The notes under the pieces were generated by a model. It saw only the letters and a program-made list of their open reading frames with translations, searched no databases and was not told the DNA's origin. Positions 10,687 to 25,004 of a stretch of DNA of 64,000 nucleotides are shown one piece after another. The stretch's first letter is position 1, and each line of letters opens with the position of its first letter. The stretch is from Malacoraja senta (Eukaryota). The stretch is from NCBI GenBank assembly GCA_038087875.1, contig CM075988.1:4836001-4900000 (forward strand), given 5' to 3'. The position numbers and the translations under genes were made by a program.

Positions 10687-13600
10687 ATGCAAGATGATAA
10701 ACAAAAGAAATTTGGAGGAATCACATTCTGCAGTTGGAATATTAGGGGTGCTAATGAACCAATTAAAAGGGGTAAGATTCTTGCACAATTGAAGTCACTC
10801 AAGACGGATGTAATATTCCTACAAGAAACTCACTTGAAACTACAAGCCCAAGCCAGATTGACGGCAAACTGGATAGGCCAAACATACCAATCTTCATATA
10901 TTTCCAAAGCTAGAGGCACAGCCATCATTATTCGAAAAGGTATACCATTTAAATCGAAGAATATCATGACAGATAAGGAAGATTCATGCTACCCCAATTA
11001 CCTTGGTAAATATTTATGCGCCTAATTTTGATAATCCTCAATTCTTTCATAAAACTCTTAATATAATTACAGAGTTCAATTATCAAAATGTGATAATTGG
11101 GGGAGATTTTAACTGTGTTTTATAGATCCATATTTGGATAAATCTTCACAACAGAGTAGGGGCAACATAAAATCTAAAACCAGGGAAATCTTAAATACTT
11201 ACATAAAAAATACAAATATAACAGATGTTTGGAGGATCGCTAACCCTGTCGGAAGGGAATACTCGTTTTATTCAATGGTACACAAAACTTATTCACGTAT
11301 CGACTATTTTTTAGTGGATACAAAATTAATTCCCTATACAATGAATCCAAAATATCACAATAGTATAATTTCTGATCATTCCCTGTTAACTTTTTCTTTA
11401 AAATTAGAGGGAATGCCTTCTAATAAATCGTTTTGGAGGTTTAATCCTCAAATCTTAAATGACCCACAAGGGGAAATATATTTAAAACAACAGATGGAAC
11501 TTTTTTAAAGAATAATGACACCCCAGATATTTCACCAGTTCTACTATGGGAATCATTCAAAGCAGTTATTAGAGGATCTATAATCTCATACCAAGCTTTT
11601 TTGAATAAAAGGAATAAGAAAGAACAAAGGCAGTTAGAAGAACGAATTAGAGATTTGGAATTAGACAATGCTAAAGAGCCTACTATAGATAAACATAATA
11701 AAATAACAATAAGGAAATTTAAATGAAACAAAATATTATCAGCAAATGTTATTAGATTATTTCAAATCACAAAACAGGAACATTTTTAATTTGGGGATAA
11801 ACCACATAAGCTTCTGGCTCGACAACTGAAGAAACGTGAAAAGGATCACACGATTTTAAAGAATAAATCAGATAAAGGGGAATTGTTAACACTTCCTAAG
11901 GATATTAACAAAAGATTCGCTCAATTTTATCAAAATTTATATACATCTAAAGCGGTAGCAGATAGTACCAAAGTTAGAGAGTTCCTGGATAATTGTAATC
12001 TCCCAAAACTCAATATGAGTGAACAAGAGGAACTAGGTGCACGAGTCTCAACCAAGGAAATAGAAGAAACAATAAATACATTAAAGAATGGAAAAACTCC
12101 AGGACCAGATGGTTTTAGCAATGAATTTTATAAAAGATTTTACGAGATAATTACACCACGACTACATAAAATGTATACATATGCCTTTAAAGAACATACA
12201 CTTCCAGAAACATTGGCGGAGTCAACGATTACACTTATACCTAAAAAAGGTAAAGATTTAGAAGATCCGGGTTCTTATAGAGCTATTGCGCTGCTAAACA
12301 CAGATCAAAAAATATTAGCGAAAACATTAGCTAGAAGGCTAAGTAACTATGTCAGTAAATTGATAAATCCGGATCAAACAGGGTTTATACCCAAGAGATA
12401 CTCAAGCAATAATCTGAGACGTCTGTTTAATATAATGCACTCACATAAAACCGAAGAGCAAGACATCAATTATTTCACTGGACGCAGAAAAAGCATTTGA
12501 TCAAGTGGAATGGGATTATATGGTTAAAGTATTGCAAAAATTTCAAATGGGTGATAATTTTATCGCTTGGGTAAAATTATTATATGATAGGCCTACGGCC
12601 AGAATATTAACTAATAATATTTTGTCCTCGAAATTTCAGTTATCAAGGGGAAATAGACAGGGGTGTTCATTATCACCTCTGCTATTTGCTCTGGTAATAG
12701 AACCGTTAGCGGAAAGTATTAGGATACATCCGAATATTCATGGATATAATACAAAATATTCAAATAATAAGATATCTTTATATGCAGATGATGTACTACT
12801 ATATATTACAAAATCACAAATTAGTATACCAAATATATTAAATTTAATTGAGGAATTTGGATCCTTCTCAGGATATAGAATAAATTGGAATAAAAGTGAA
12901 ATTATGACGATTAAACCTCAAGAATCGACACACCTGTTAAAATTCCCTTTTAAAATCGCTTCAGAAAAATTTAAATATTTGGGAATTTAAATTACTAGAA
13001 AATATAAATCTCTATTTAATGCAAACACTATGCCCTTACTCAATAAATTAAACACATTAATTAAATTCTGGAAAACCCTCCCGATGTCTCTTATAGGCCG
13101 AATAAATGCTATAAAAATGATTTTTTTTACCACAAATTTTATATTTATTCCAGTCAATACTGATATACTTACCAAAAAATTTTTTTTTAAAATTGGATGC
13201 CGATATTACAAATTTTATATGGGACTATAAATCCCACAGAATTCAAAGAAAACATTTGTGCAAACCTAAGGAATTTGGTGGATTATCACTTCCCAATTTT
13301 TTATATTATTATTGGGCCACAAATGTCAAAAATATGATTCACCTGTTGGACAATTCGGCCCAACGGGTGGATTGGATAGTAATGGAGAGAGAGGACTGTT
13401 CCCCTTTTAATATAGGAGCGATCCTTCTCTCACCAACAAAAATAAAGAATACAATATATAGTAAAAATTCAATTATTTATAGTACAATTAGAATTTGGAA
13501 ACAAATAAAATTAACGTTAAAATTAAGAAATCTATCACTACTTTCTCCTATAATGAATAACCCTGTGTTTAAACCTTCTATGATAGATAGAGCTTTTATA

Positions 13601-14452
13601 AATTGGGAAAGAGTAGGAATTAAAACGTTTGGAGATATGTATGATAATGGAAGTTTTTTAACATTTAATCAATTACAACTTAAATACAACTTGAATAGTA
13701 ATCAATATTTTAAATATTTTCAACTACGTGATTATTTGAAAAAGTACACACGAGAATATCAAAATATGTCTCCTGGCCTATTAGATGGGATAATGAATAT
13801 AAAAGCGGAATCAGCTAATTTAATATCATACCTATACAACTCCATTTTAAACATAGAAATTCCAGCATCGGACGGGATTAGAAGAGAATGGGAACAGGAA
13901 CTAGCTATAAAAATCTCGAAAGAGAGTTGGGATAGACATCTATTATATGTGCATAAATGTTCGATTAACGTAAGACATACTCTGATTCAATTTAAAATTT
14001 TACATAGATTATATTATTCAAAAGCTAAATTAAGTAAATGTTACCCTAATACCTCGGCTAACTGTGATAAATGCCTAGTCCAAGAATCAACTATAGCACA
14101 TTCTTTTGTCTTTTGTATAAAAATTCAAAAATTTTGGAATGACATTTTTGAAATTTTCTCTAAATTATTTAAAATAAAACTGAAACCGAATGCAGAACTG
14201 ATTATTTTTGGAACAACAGAAGCAAGTTCGGAGCTGACTGCGGTTCAAAGGAGTTTTCTTAGTTATGGTTTATTAACGGCAAAAAAACTGATATTGAAAT
14301 TTTGGAAAAATGCCCCTACGCCAACAATAAAAATGTGGACTTCTAATATGTCGGAATTGTTACATTTAGAAGATATGAGATTCCTCCTAGAAGGTAAACA
14401 AGACCAATTCCAAAAGATTTGGTCTCCATATGTCGACTTATTACAAACATAG
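10687..14452 (+). pseudogene. L1-B ORF2p, multiple frameshifts/stops and a short deletion near 10980
   Basis: Fragments 10687, 11134, 11883, 12505, 13030, 13193 are collinear with L1-A ORF2 (WNIRG, LYADD, CDKC, ...LLQT stop). Confidence 0.95.
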
Positions 14453-14798
14453 GGTGCTACAAAATGTTGATAATAAATGGTTTTAGGACCTGGCGAGGGG
14501 TGAGTAAAGATAAGAAGTAGACACATCCCTTTCATATTGTCCTATCTTATTTTCTTTTTTCTCTTTTTTTCTTTTCTTCTTTAACTACTTCTTGTGGTTT
14601 AGGTTCACAAGAGTGTTCCTGGACCACTTTCATTCACTCACTGACTATCTTTGCTAGCTCTTTCTATCCTTCTTTCTATTAAAGTTGAAAAACAGAAGTG
14701 GTACAAGAATTGTATAAAATTATGTTATGTTATTGCAGATAACTGTAATGTAAAATACTTCTAATTTAAAAAAAAAACTAAAATAAAAAATATATATA

Positions 14799-15341
14799 TT
14801 GGTCGCCATGGAGAAAATCGATAATCCTGTAGTCGTAGGTGCAGTTGTAGTGGGGTCGTCATGTAGTTGTAGGTAGTGGAGGTAGTCAAGGTAGTCGTAG
14901 GTAGTTTTAGTGAATCGCCTTTGCTGACCGGTCATTTTCATTGGCTCATTGGGGAAAACAAAACGTAAGCAGGAGTTTTCAGAACCAAGGATAACCGACC
15001 GGTAATGGCCTCCAAACTTCACAGCTGTGTATCTCTGGCTTATTAAAAATTTGTCTGGCTTCTTAAAAGATGTCTACACTCCTTCTCCCCCCCTCTCCCC
15101 CCTTCTCTCTCCTTATCCCCCCTCTTTTAAAGGACTTACCATACACTGTGCTAGTCTTAATTGCAGCGCCAACCTTCCTGTTCATCGCGGTGTGTGTCTG
15201 TATCACCCTGAATTTGTACCATGTGAATTTCAGACAGCGCTCCCCCGCTTGCCCTGGCCCCCACCTTTGCGATGTGTTTGTGTGTGTGTGTTCCACTCTG
15301 ACAGTCGCCAGCAGTCCGCTGAAAAATCGCCTAAGTGGTAC
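14799..15341. mobile_element. PIF/Harbinger-type MITE, right part
   Basis: Ends CGCTGAAAAATCGCCTAAGTGG, approximate reverse complement of the left end at 1962-1986; outermost TIR bases lost. Confidence 0.6.
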
Positions 15342-15752
15342 CCAGGTGGACTGAGGATAATGCTCTGAGAGCCAGCATAACCTTGATGGGCCGAATGACA
15401 CATTTTTACATTGTAAGAAGATATGAAGTATAAATAAGTTGAATTGTCCCATGTATTTTATTTTATTTTCCTTCACTGAACTGTATATCCATGTTGATAA
15501 CTACCCTAGGAAGGAACTGCAGATGCTGGTTTACACCTGAAGAAGGGTCTCAACCCAAAATGTCACCCAATACTTTTCTCCAGAGATGCTGCCTGACCCG
15601 CTGAATTCCTCCAGCTTTTTGTATCTCCCTAATGTGTTATTGTTTCACATTTAGTCCATCAAATAAGACTTTCATTTATCAAATTGTACCATTGTACCCG
15701 ACTCACTGCCAAATAAAAAAGATGATGTTAACACTCACATTTTCTTCTGCAG

Positions 15753-15793
15753 AATCTACTGACAAAAATGGCGTAAAATACTCTTCAGTATAA
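15753..15793 (+). CDS. Possible terminal coding exon (xSTDKNGVKYSSV*)
   Basis: Branch-point-like CTCAC plus pyrimidine tract TTTTCTTCTGCAG; 12 codons then TAA in non-repeat DNA; no partner exon identified. Confidence 0.25.
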
Positions 15794-15839
15794 TTCGAAA
15801 GGAACTCGGGCATGTACCTACAGAGCAAGGCAATGGACT

Positions 15840-16126
15840 CGTGTGGGAAAGAACTGCAGATGCTGGTTTACACCGAAGATAGACACGTCTCTGGAGAGAA
15901 GGAATGGGTGACGTTTTGGGTCGAGACCCTTCTTTGGGTGTAAACCAGCATCGGCAGTTCTTTACTAAACACATTAAGGTAGTTGTACTGAAATATGGAT
16001 ATACAGTCCAGTCAAGAAAAATAAAATAGTCTGAAGAAGGCTTTCGACCCAAAATGTCACTCATTCCTTCTATCCGGAGATGCTGCCTGTCTCGCTGAGT
16101 TACTCCAGCAATTTGTGTCCATCTTT
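15840..16126. mobile_element. Rearranged Penelope pseudo-LTR fragments in both orientations
   Basis: GAACTGCAGATGCTGGTTTA, GGGTCGAGACCCTT and CTGAAGAAGG...GACCC...GTCAC motifs. Confidence 0.7.
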
Positions 16127-16537
16127 GATGGATGTGTTGCTGGGTGGGATTAAACTGGTTAGCCCATTGTCAACCAACGTCGACACTTTGGGGAGAATGG
16201 ACTCCTTTTGTATTCATGGGAAGCAAGTTTCTTTAGTGGGTTTACTAAAGAGTGCCTTATGCTCAGTCTTAATTTCACAGTCAATGGTGAATTAAACAAA
16301 TTGATTCATTTTCCATAAAAGACACAATTGCTAGTTTCTTTACAGATAAATCAATGGCAAGGTAAAATTAGCTGTTTTCATGAGAGTTTTGTAAATATTG
16401 ATCTTAATCCCCAATCAAAATTAAAACATACTGGCATTATGGAGGTGTGATTCATTGAGCCCCACTCCCACACCCTCTTCCCCGCAGACCTGCACAATGT
16501 GTCCTTTCAGGTGATGAGCCAATTCTGACCCACACAA

Positions 16538-16788
16538 AATGTAGGAAGGAACTGCAGATGCTGGTTTAAACCAAAGATAGACACAAAACACTTGAGTAAC
16601 TCAGCAGGTCAGGCAGCATCTCTGGGGAAAAGGAATAGGCAATGTTTCAGGTCGAGACCCTTCTTCAGCATCTGAAGAAGTGGTCCATGTAAAATATGAA
16701 GAAGGGTCTCGACCTGAAATGTTACCTATTCCCTTTCCCCAGAGATGCTGTCTGACCCATTGAGTTACTCCAGCTTTTTGTGTCTGTC
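16538..16788. mobile_element. Fold-back mini-Penelope with 15-bp TSD
   Basis: Inverted pLTR arms; TTCTGACCCACACAA (16523-16537) / TTCTGCCCCACACAA (16789-16803). Confidence 0.8.
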
Positions 16789-16803
16789 TTCTGCCCCACA
16801 CAA

Positions 16804-17742
16804 TAGACAATAGACAATAGGTGCAGGATAAGGCCATTCGGCCCTTCGAGCCAGCACCGCCATTCAATGTGATCATGGCTGATCCTCCACATTAAATACC
16901 CCATTCCTGCTTTCTCCCCATATCCCCTGACTCCACTATCTTTAAGAGCTCTATCTTTAACTCTCTCTTGAAAGCATCCAGAGAATTGGCCTCCAATGCC
17001 TTCTGAGGCAGAGAATTCCACAGATTCATAAAGGCTCTGTCTCATGGTGTTGCGGTCATTGGCGGTGAAGCGCGGCGTCGCCGGAAGAGGGGACCGCACG
17101 TCAACCGCGAGAGCGCCGAGCCTATGCCGCGGGAGCGCCGCACGGATGCTGCGCGGGGGCCGAGTGACACGTGCCTCACTGGCGGCGGCTGTGGCGGTGA
17201 GAGTTCGACTCACGGCGCTCGTGCCTCACTGGTGGCGGCTGTGGCGGTGACCGTGCCGCACTCGTGTCTCACTGGCGGCTGCTGTGCGGTAAGAAATTAT
17301 TTTTGGACATTGCTGACTTTTTTTTAGCAACGTGCGGTGTTGGGACAAACGCCGCACGGCCCCGGCGGTGTGCGTTTGACCGAACCCGTGATCTCTGGCG
17401 GTCCACGAGCGGTAGATACTTCCTGTATCACTGCCAATGACCGCAGACTCGTGAGACAGGCCTTTAACTCTCTGTGTGAAAACGTTTTTCCTCATCTGCG
17501 CTCTAACTGGCCTACACCTTATTCTTAAACTGTGGCCCCAAGTTCTGGATTCCCCTAACATCGGAAACATGTTTCCTACCTCTAGCATGTCCAATCCCTT
17601 AATAATCTTATATGTCCCAATAAGATACCCTCTCATCCTAAATTACAGAGTATACAAGCCCAGCCACACCATTCCATCAACTTATGACAGTTCCGCCTTC
17701 CCGGGAATTAACCTCATGAATCTACACTGCACTCCCTCAATA
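16804..17742 (-). mobile_element. CR1-clade (HER1-like) LINE 3' fragment, split by a MITE
   Basis: MRGYLIGTYKIIKGLD...ESRT.GHSLRI in minus ORF; (TATTGTC)n tail. Confidence 0.88.
17032..17464. mobile_element. PIF/Harbinger-type MITE (CpG-rich)
   Basis: ~36-bp imperfect TIRs; TAA on both sides; removing it restores CR1 sequence CAGATTCATAACTCTCTG. Confidence 0.88.
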
Positions 17743-17867
17743 GGTGTGTATTTCAGAGCACAGCCACTTACTGCACAAATAGGTTTCTCCTCACTCACTT
17801 CTGTTTCTTTTGCCAACACCTTCATATGATGCCCCCCATTACTTCACACTTTCTCTCAGAGGCAGCA

Positions 17868-18109
17868 TGGTGGCGTAGCACATCGGTAGAGTTGCTGCCT
17901 TACAGTCCCAGCGATCCGGGTTCGATCCTGACTATGGCTGCTGTCTGTATGGAGTTTGTACATTCTCCCTGTGATTGTGTGGGTTTTCTCCGAGACCTTC
18001 GGTTTCCTCTCACTCTCGAAAGACGGACAGGTATGTAGGTGCGGGGATCGCTGGTGTAAGCCGAAAGGCCTGTCTCCACGCTGAATCTCTAAACTAAACT
18101 AAACTAAAC
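17868..18109 (+). mobile_element. HE1-like V-SINE
   Basis: tRNA-like head with B box GGTTCGATCC, V core, (CTAAA)n tail. Confidence 0.85.
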
Positions 18110-18412
18110 CAGTTCCTGGAGAACTCCACTACAAACTTCCTCCATTCTGAAAAACAACCTTTCATTGCTTCTTATAATTACCATTTTCGATGGATTCGAC
18201 TGCTCCTTTTTAATTCACGAATTACAGCTTTGATAAGTGGTCTGCTATGTAGCATTTTTTGTTAAGCGGCTTTCGGAACTCCAAAAACATCGCTTCAAAC
18301 CCTCTTTCCACAAGAGCTGTGAACAAATATATCAAACGATCCACAACAAACCGAGAAAGAAGCTGCATTCTGGAGACAATGAATCCAAATCTTGAATTTT
18401 CTACATACGATC

Positions 18413-19545
18413 TAGAAACATAGAAACATAGAAACATAGAAACATAGAAAATAGGTGCAGGAGGAGGCCATTCGGCCTTTCGAGCCAGCACCGCCATTCA
18501 TTGTGATCATGGCTGATCGTCCCCAATCAATAACCCGTGCCTGCCTTCTCCCATATCCCTTGACTTCACTAGCCCACAGAGCTCTACCTAAATTCATCCA
18601 GTGACTTGGCATCCACTGCCCTCTGTGGCAGTGAATTCCGCAAATTCACAACTCTCTGGTGAAAAGGTTTTTTCGCACCTCTGTCTTAAATGACCTCCCC
18701 TTTATTCTAAGACTGTGGCCCCTGGTTTTGGACTCGCCCAACATTGGGAACATTTTTCCTGCATCTAGCTTGTCCAGTCCTTTTATAATTTTATTTGTTT
18801 CAATAAGATACCCCCTCATCCTTCTAAACTCCAGTGAATACAAGCCTAGTCTTTTCAATCTTTCCTCATATGATAGTCCCGCCATCCCAGGGATCAATCT
18901 CATGAACCTATGCTGCACTGCCTCAATCACAAGGATGTCCTTCCTCAAATTAGGAGACCAAAACTGTACTCAATACTCCAGATGTGGTGTCACCAGAGCC
19001 CTATACAACTGCAGAAGAACCTCTTTACTCTTATACTGAAATCCTCTTGTTATGAAGGCCAACATTCCATTAGCTTTCTTCACTGCCTGCTGTACCTGCA
19101 CGCCAACTTTCAATGACTGGTGTACAAGGATGCCCAGGTCTCGCTGCACCTCCCCCTTACCTAACCTAACCCCATTGAGATAATAATCTGCCCCCTTGTT
19201 TTTGCCACCAAAGTGGATAACCTCACATTTATCTATATTATACTGCATCTGCCACGCATCTGCCCACTCACTCAACCTGTCCAGGTCACCCTGCAACCTC
19301 CTAACATCTTCTTCACAGTTCACACTGCCACCCAGCTTTGTGTCATCCGCAAACTTGCTAGTGTTGCTCCTAATTCCCTCTTCCAAATCATTAATATATA
19401 TGGTAAACTGTTGCGGCCCCAACACCGAGCCTTGCGGCATTCCACTCGCCACTGCCTGCCATTCTGAAAAGGACCCGTTCACTCCTACTCTGCTTCCTGT
19501 CTGCTAACCAATTTTTTATCCACGTCAATACCCTACTCCCAATAT
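18413..19545 (-). mobile_element. CR1-clade (HER1-like) LINE, 5'-truncated, with RT C-terminal half
   Basis: PQGSVLGP, IYINDL, KFADDTKL, RDLG, LYRALV.PHLEY; (TTTCTATG)n tail. Confidence 0.93.
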
Positions 19546-20289
19546 CTCTCAAATTATTTCCTTTCTGAATGTCCAAATGTTTTATCATTGAAAGTAGTTG
19601 AGAGGCCTGAATGGTGAAAGCTTTGAAATTTAGCATAACTATTTCAGAAAGGTCCATGTGTACGATTCGGAGGACCAGGAGATTCTTCCCCCAAGGGCAG
19701 AAATAGTTTAACAAATTGTTTAGCTTTTTTCATGTGTCCAATGGTGCAATGGTTCAATGGCACTTTATTCTCACGAGTACCGTGATACAGTGACATTCCT
19801 TTCTTGCATACAATTCAGTAAAAATATCGAGGTACAGTGAAAAGCTTTTTTGGTGCGGTCTGTCCCATCAGCGGAATGACTCTACATGACTCCAATCAAG
19901 CCTACACAATGTACAGACACAGGATCAAGGAAATAATATTTAGTGGAAATTAAAGCCCAGTAAAGTCCGACTAAAGATAGTCCGAGGTTTGATCCTGATT
20001 ACAGGTGTGGAGTTTTTACGTTCTCCCTGTGACCATTTGGGTTTTCTCTGGGATCTCCGGTTTCCTCCCACACTCCATAGACGTGCCGATTTGTAGGTTA
20101 TTTGGCTTCTGCAAATTGTCCCTCGTGTGTAGGATAAAGCTAGTGTACAGATGATTGTTGGTCCGTGTGGACTCGGTGAGCCGAAGGGCCAGTTTCTACA
20201 CTGTATCGTTAAACCAAACTAAAAATTCTCTACAGATGTACTTTTTGAGAAGGCTCCTTCAACATCTGCAGTAAGAAGTTGCAGATGTT

Positions 20290-20780
20290 CTACCAATCAG
20301 TGGTAGCCAGTGCCATCTTCTCCGCGGCCTTCGCTTCGTGGCAGCAGGGCGAAGGCCGCGGACGGCAACAGGATTAACAAACTCATCAGGAATCCTGGGG
20401 GCGGAGTTGGATTCATGGAGGTGATTTTGGAGGGGAGGATGCTCCTCATACTGCGGAGCATCCTGGACAATACAGCTCACCCCCTCCATGACACATTGGT
20501 CAACCTGATGAGTACCTTCAGCAACAGATTGGTCCCACCAAGAGACACCACAGGAGATCCTTCTTCCCTGTTGCTATCAAACTGTACAACTCCTCTCCCT
20601 TCTGTTGTGGGGTAGACTGAGACAGACTCCCCCCCCCCCCCCCCCATTCCCAATCTTTGCACATTCCCAATCCTTTCCACTTGTCACTTTAATTTCATGT
20701 TTAATATAATTTGTATTTTATGACTGTTGGCAGATCAATTTCCCTCCTGGGATAAATAAAGTTCTGTCGTATCGTATCGT
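20290..20780 (+). mobile_element. Rex1/Babar-type LINE 3' fragment
   Basis: RINKLIR...RML..L.SILDN..HPLH...FSNRL; AATAAA and (TCGTA)n tail; second copy on minus strand ~46060-46400. Confidence 0.75.
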
Positions 20781-21422
20781 AGGTTGCCTGACTTACTGAG
20801 TTACTCCGGCACTTTGTGCCTTTTTTAGCTGTCAAACTCCAAAGCTCTGGAATTTCCTCGCTAAACCTCTCTCAGTCTTTCTATTCATGTTATTTCTTTT
20901 GTGATCATACTTAAAATGTGCTTTTACATCCAAGCTTTTCAGCGCCCTTAATAATATCTCCTTCTTAGATTCTTTATTTTGATTTACTTTTGAGTGAGTG
21001 CTTTGCTTTGCAACACCTTGGGACATTTCAGGCTATGTTAAAGGTACTTATGAGCACAAGTTGTTGCTATAATGATGGTAATTAATTAGCTTTACAACAC
21101 TGGTAATTAATGCACCTAAATTGTTGTCTGTGTTATTTGAACAGATGTTAGCTTGTTGTAAAAATGGAATAGTAAAGGTTGTAAATGCATTGTTTCTTCC
21201 TTTTGTTTATCAAATACATTCACTTCGCCCCTTTCTGATGTAAACTGTAAATTCTTAAATTCGTAAATTCGTGAATTCTTAAGCTCGTAAATTCTTGCTG
21301 AGAGTTACAAGATAAATATCATAGAGTCATACAGCGTTGAAATAAGCCCTCGGCCCAACTTGCCCACACCGACCAACATGTCCCAACTATACTAGTCCAC
21401 CTGCCTGCACCTGGCTTATCTA

Positions 21423-22730
<1,308 letters not shown>

Positions 22731-22923
22731 TATATTACTAAAACTCTCATCTTGTTTCTATATTTCTATATTTGTACGTACCTATATTTGCGCAAAAGTG
22801 CAAACAAATTCTTTGCACACCTTACTCACCATTGTCCTGTGATGTCATTTTTTGTTCACATTGATGGTATATTCCACAAGTTATTGACATTATAAACTTT
22901 ATTTTCTACTTGCAAAACCTTCT
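22731..22923 (+). mobile_element. 5' fragment of a second Helitron family
   Basis: TCTA (21419-21422) + TATATTACTAAAA (22731-) matches the 5' end TCTATATTACTAAAA of the Helitron at 29219-30806. Confidence 0.6.
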
Positions 22924-23992
22924 TAAAAGGAGCAGGCGACATTTCGAGACCGTTCTTCAGACTTCACCAGTTTGAAAAAGGGGTAACAACCCGAAACGTC
23001 ACCTATTCCTTTTTTCCAGAGATGCTGTTGGACCTGCTGAATTACTCCAGCTTTTTGTGTCTATCTTCGGTTTTAACCTGCATCTGCCGTTCCATCCTAC
23101 ACATCTCTGGAGTTAAGTTTGTATCCCAGACCTGAGTTCAAGTTGACAGTGTATTTTGCAATGGACAGACTTTGGAGGTTAATTTTTCACACAGAGGGTG
23201 GTGGATATATGGAACAAACTGCCAGGGGAGGTAGGTGCTATGAGTTGAGTTTAGTTTATGATCATGTGTAACGAGGTACATTGAAACGCTTTTGTTTGTG
23301 TTAACCAGTCAGCGGAGAGACAATACATGATTACAATTGAGCCACCCACAATGTACATATATGCATGATAAAGGGATTAATGTGAATAATGTTTAGTGCA
23401 AGATAAAATCCAGTAAAGTTTGATCAAAGGTTGTCCAAGGGTCTCCAATGAGGTAGATAATGTAGTTGAGGACTGCCCTCTAGTTATTTGTCGGATGGTT
23501 CAGTTGGTATGACAGCTGGTATGAAACTGTCCCTGAATCTGGAGGTGTTCGTTTTCACGCGTCTATACCTTCTGCCCAAAGGGAGAGGGGAGAAGAGGGA
23601 GTGGTTGGAGTACGACTTGTCCTTGATTATGTTGGAGGCCTTGCAGAGACAGCATGAAGTGTAAATTAAGTCAATAGAGGGGAGGTTGATAGACAATATT
23701 TAGAAGACATTTACACAGGTACATGGATAGGAAAGGTTTAGAGGGATATGGGCCAAACATAGGCAGGTGGGACAGTGTAGATGGCACAACTTAGTTGGCA
23801 AGGGCAAGTTGGACATGAAGGGCCTGTTTCCAAGCTGTACAACTCTCTGACTCCATGACATATTGACGTAGAAAGTAAGCGAAGGATATTTGAAGGCAAG
23901 CTCATTAACTCAGTCATTTCTGCCACATTGTCCCATTTAATCCACAAAAAGTGTTCATTGGTGGGCTGCTATTTTACACTTCTAATATTTAA

Positions 23993-24288
23993 TGGCAACA
24001 CAGTAGTGCAGCTGGTAGAGCTGCTGCCTCACGGTGCCAGAGACCTGGGTTTATCCTGACTTCGGTTGCTATCTGTGTGGAGTTTGCTTGTTCGCTCTGT
24101 GACCACGTGGGTTAATACCTCCAGGTGCACTGGTTTCCCCCACATCCCCTAGACGTCCAGGTTGGTAGGTTAATTGGCTTCCATAAAATTGAGGGTGCAG
24201 GGAGTGGATGCGAAAGTGGGATAGCATAGAACTATTGTGAACGGGTGATCGATGGTCGGCGTGGACTGATGGGCTGAAGGGCCTGTTT
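23993..24288 (+). mobile_element. HE1-like V-SINE
   Basis: tRNA-like head, V core, GGGCTGAAGGGCCTGTTT tail. Confidence 0.8.
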
Positions 24289-25004
24289 GAAGAAGGGTCT
24301 CAACCCGAAACACCACCCATTCCTTCTATCCAATTTAATTCACATAAAGTAACCACTGGTGGGCTGCGACATTACACTTTTAGTGTTTGTTAGATGAATC
24401 GATCATTTATTCAACTTAGCCAGTTTGATACGCAGCTGTACATTGTTTAATGTCTATGCTTCCGACGGTACGATTGTGCTCGGATCGACCGTTGTGCTCC
24501 GTTAGGAAAGGGCTGAGCTTCCGGCTTGGATGGTGGTGGGGGAGGGGGGGGGGGGGGGGTTGGGGGGAGTGCTTTGCTGATCCCAAAACAAAGCTAAAGA
24601 ACATTCCTGAGCAGCCATCCCCTTAAACGGACAGAAATAGGCACTGACTCGCATTAATGGAAATGAATGGCTGTAGCATTGTGAGAGGTGATTACTCTGA
24701 TACAACAGGGAGCGGATAAAAGCTTTTGCAAAATAAAATAGAAAGGCAGTGCAATGTTCAGTTTTAGCGAAAAAAATATATAAAATGTTGACTGTGTAAA
24801 ATAAGGCAGAGTTTAATTTGAACCGTCAATTTATTGGAACGAAATGAAATAAAAAAATAAAGTGTGCTTTAACTGTAAATGAATGTACGGGCTGCAGGAT
24901 TTGCATATGTCACTTCACTCCAATCAATAGTGGGATTGGAATCATGCACTGAACCTGAAAGGAAATCTCAAGGACAACTGTGAGCTTTCCAGCATTATCT
25001 GAAG

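Larger units (their letters stand above)
8515..14790 (+). mobile_element. LINE-1 element B, older related subfamily lacking the first ~220 bp of 5'UTR
   Basis: Begins TTACCGGAGCT right after the L1-A tail; ORF1, ~1-kb spacer, fragmented ORF2, 3'UTR, decayed A-rich tail. Confidence 0.95.

Noticed and set aside
17868..17940. tRNA gene
   Set aside because: tRNA-derived SINE head continuing into the V-SINE core; many copies, no full cloverleaf.
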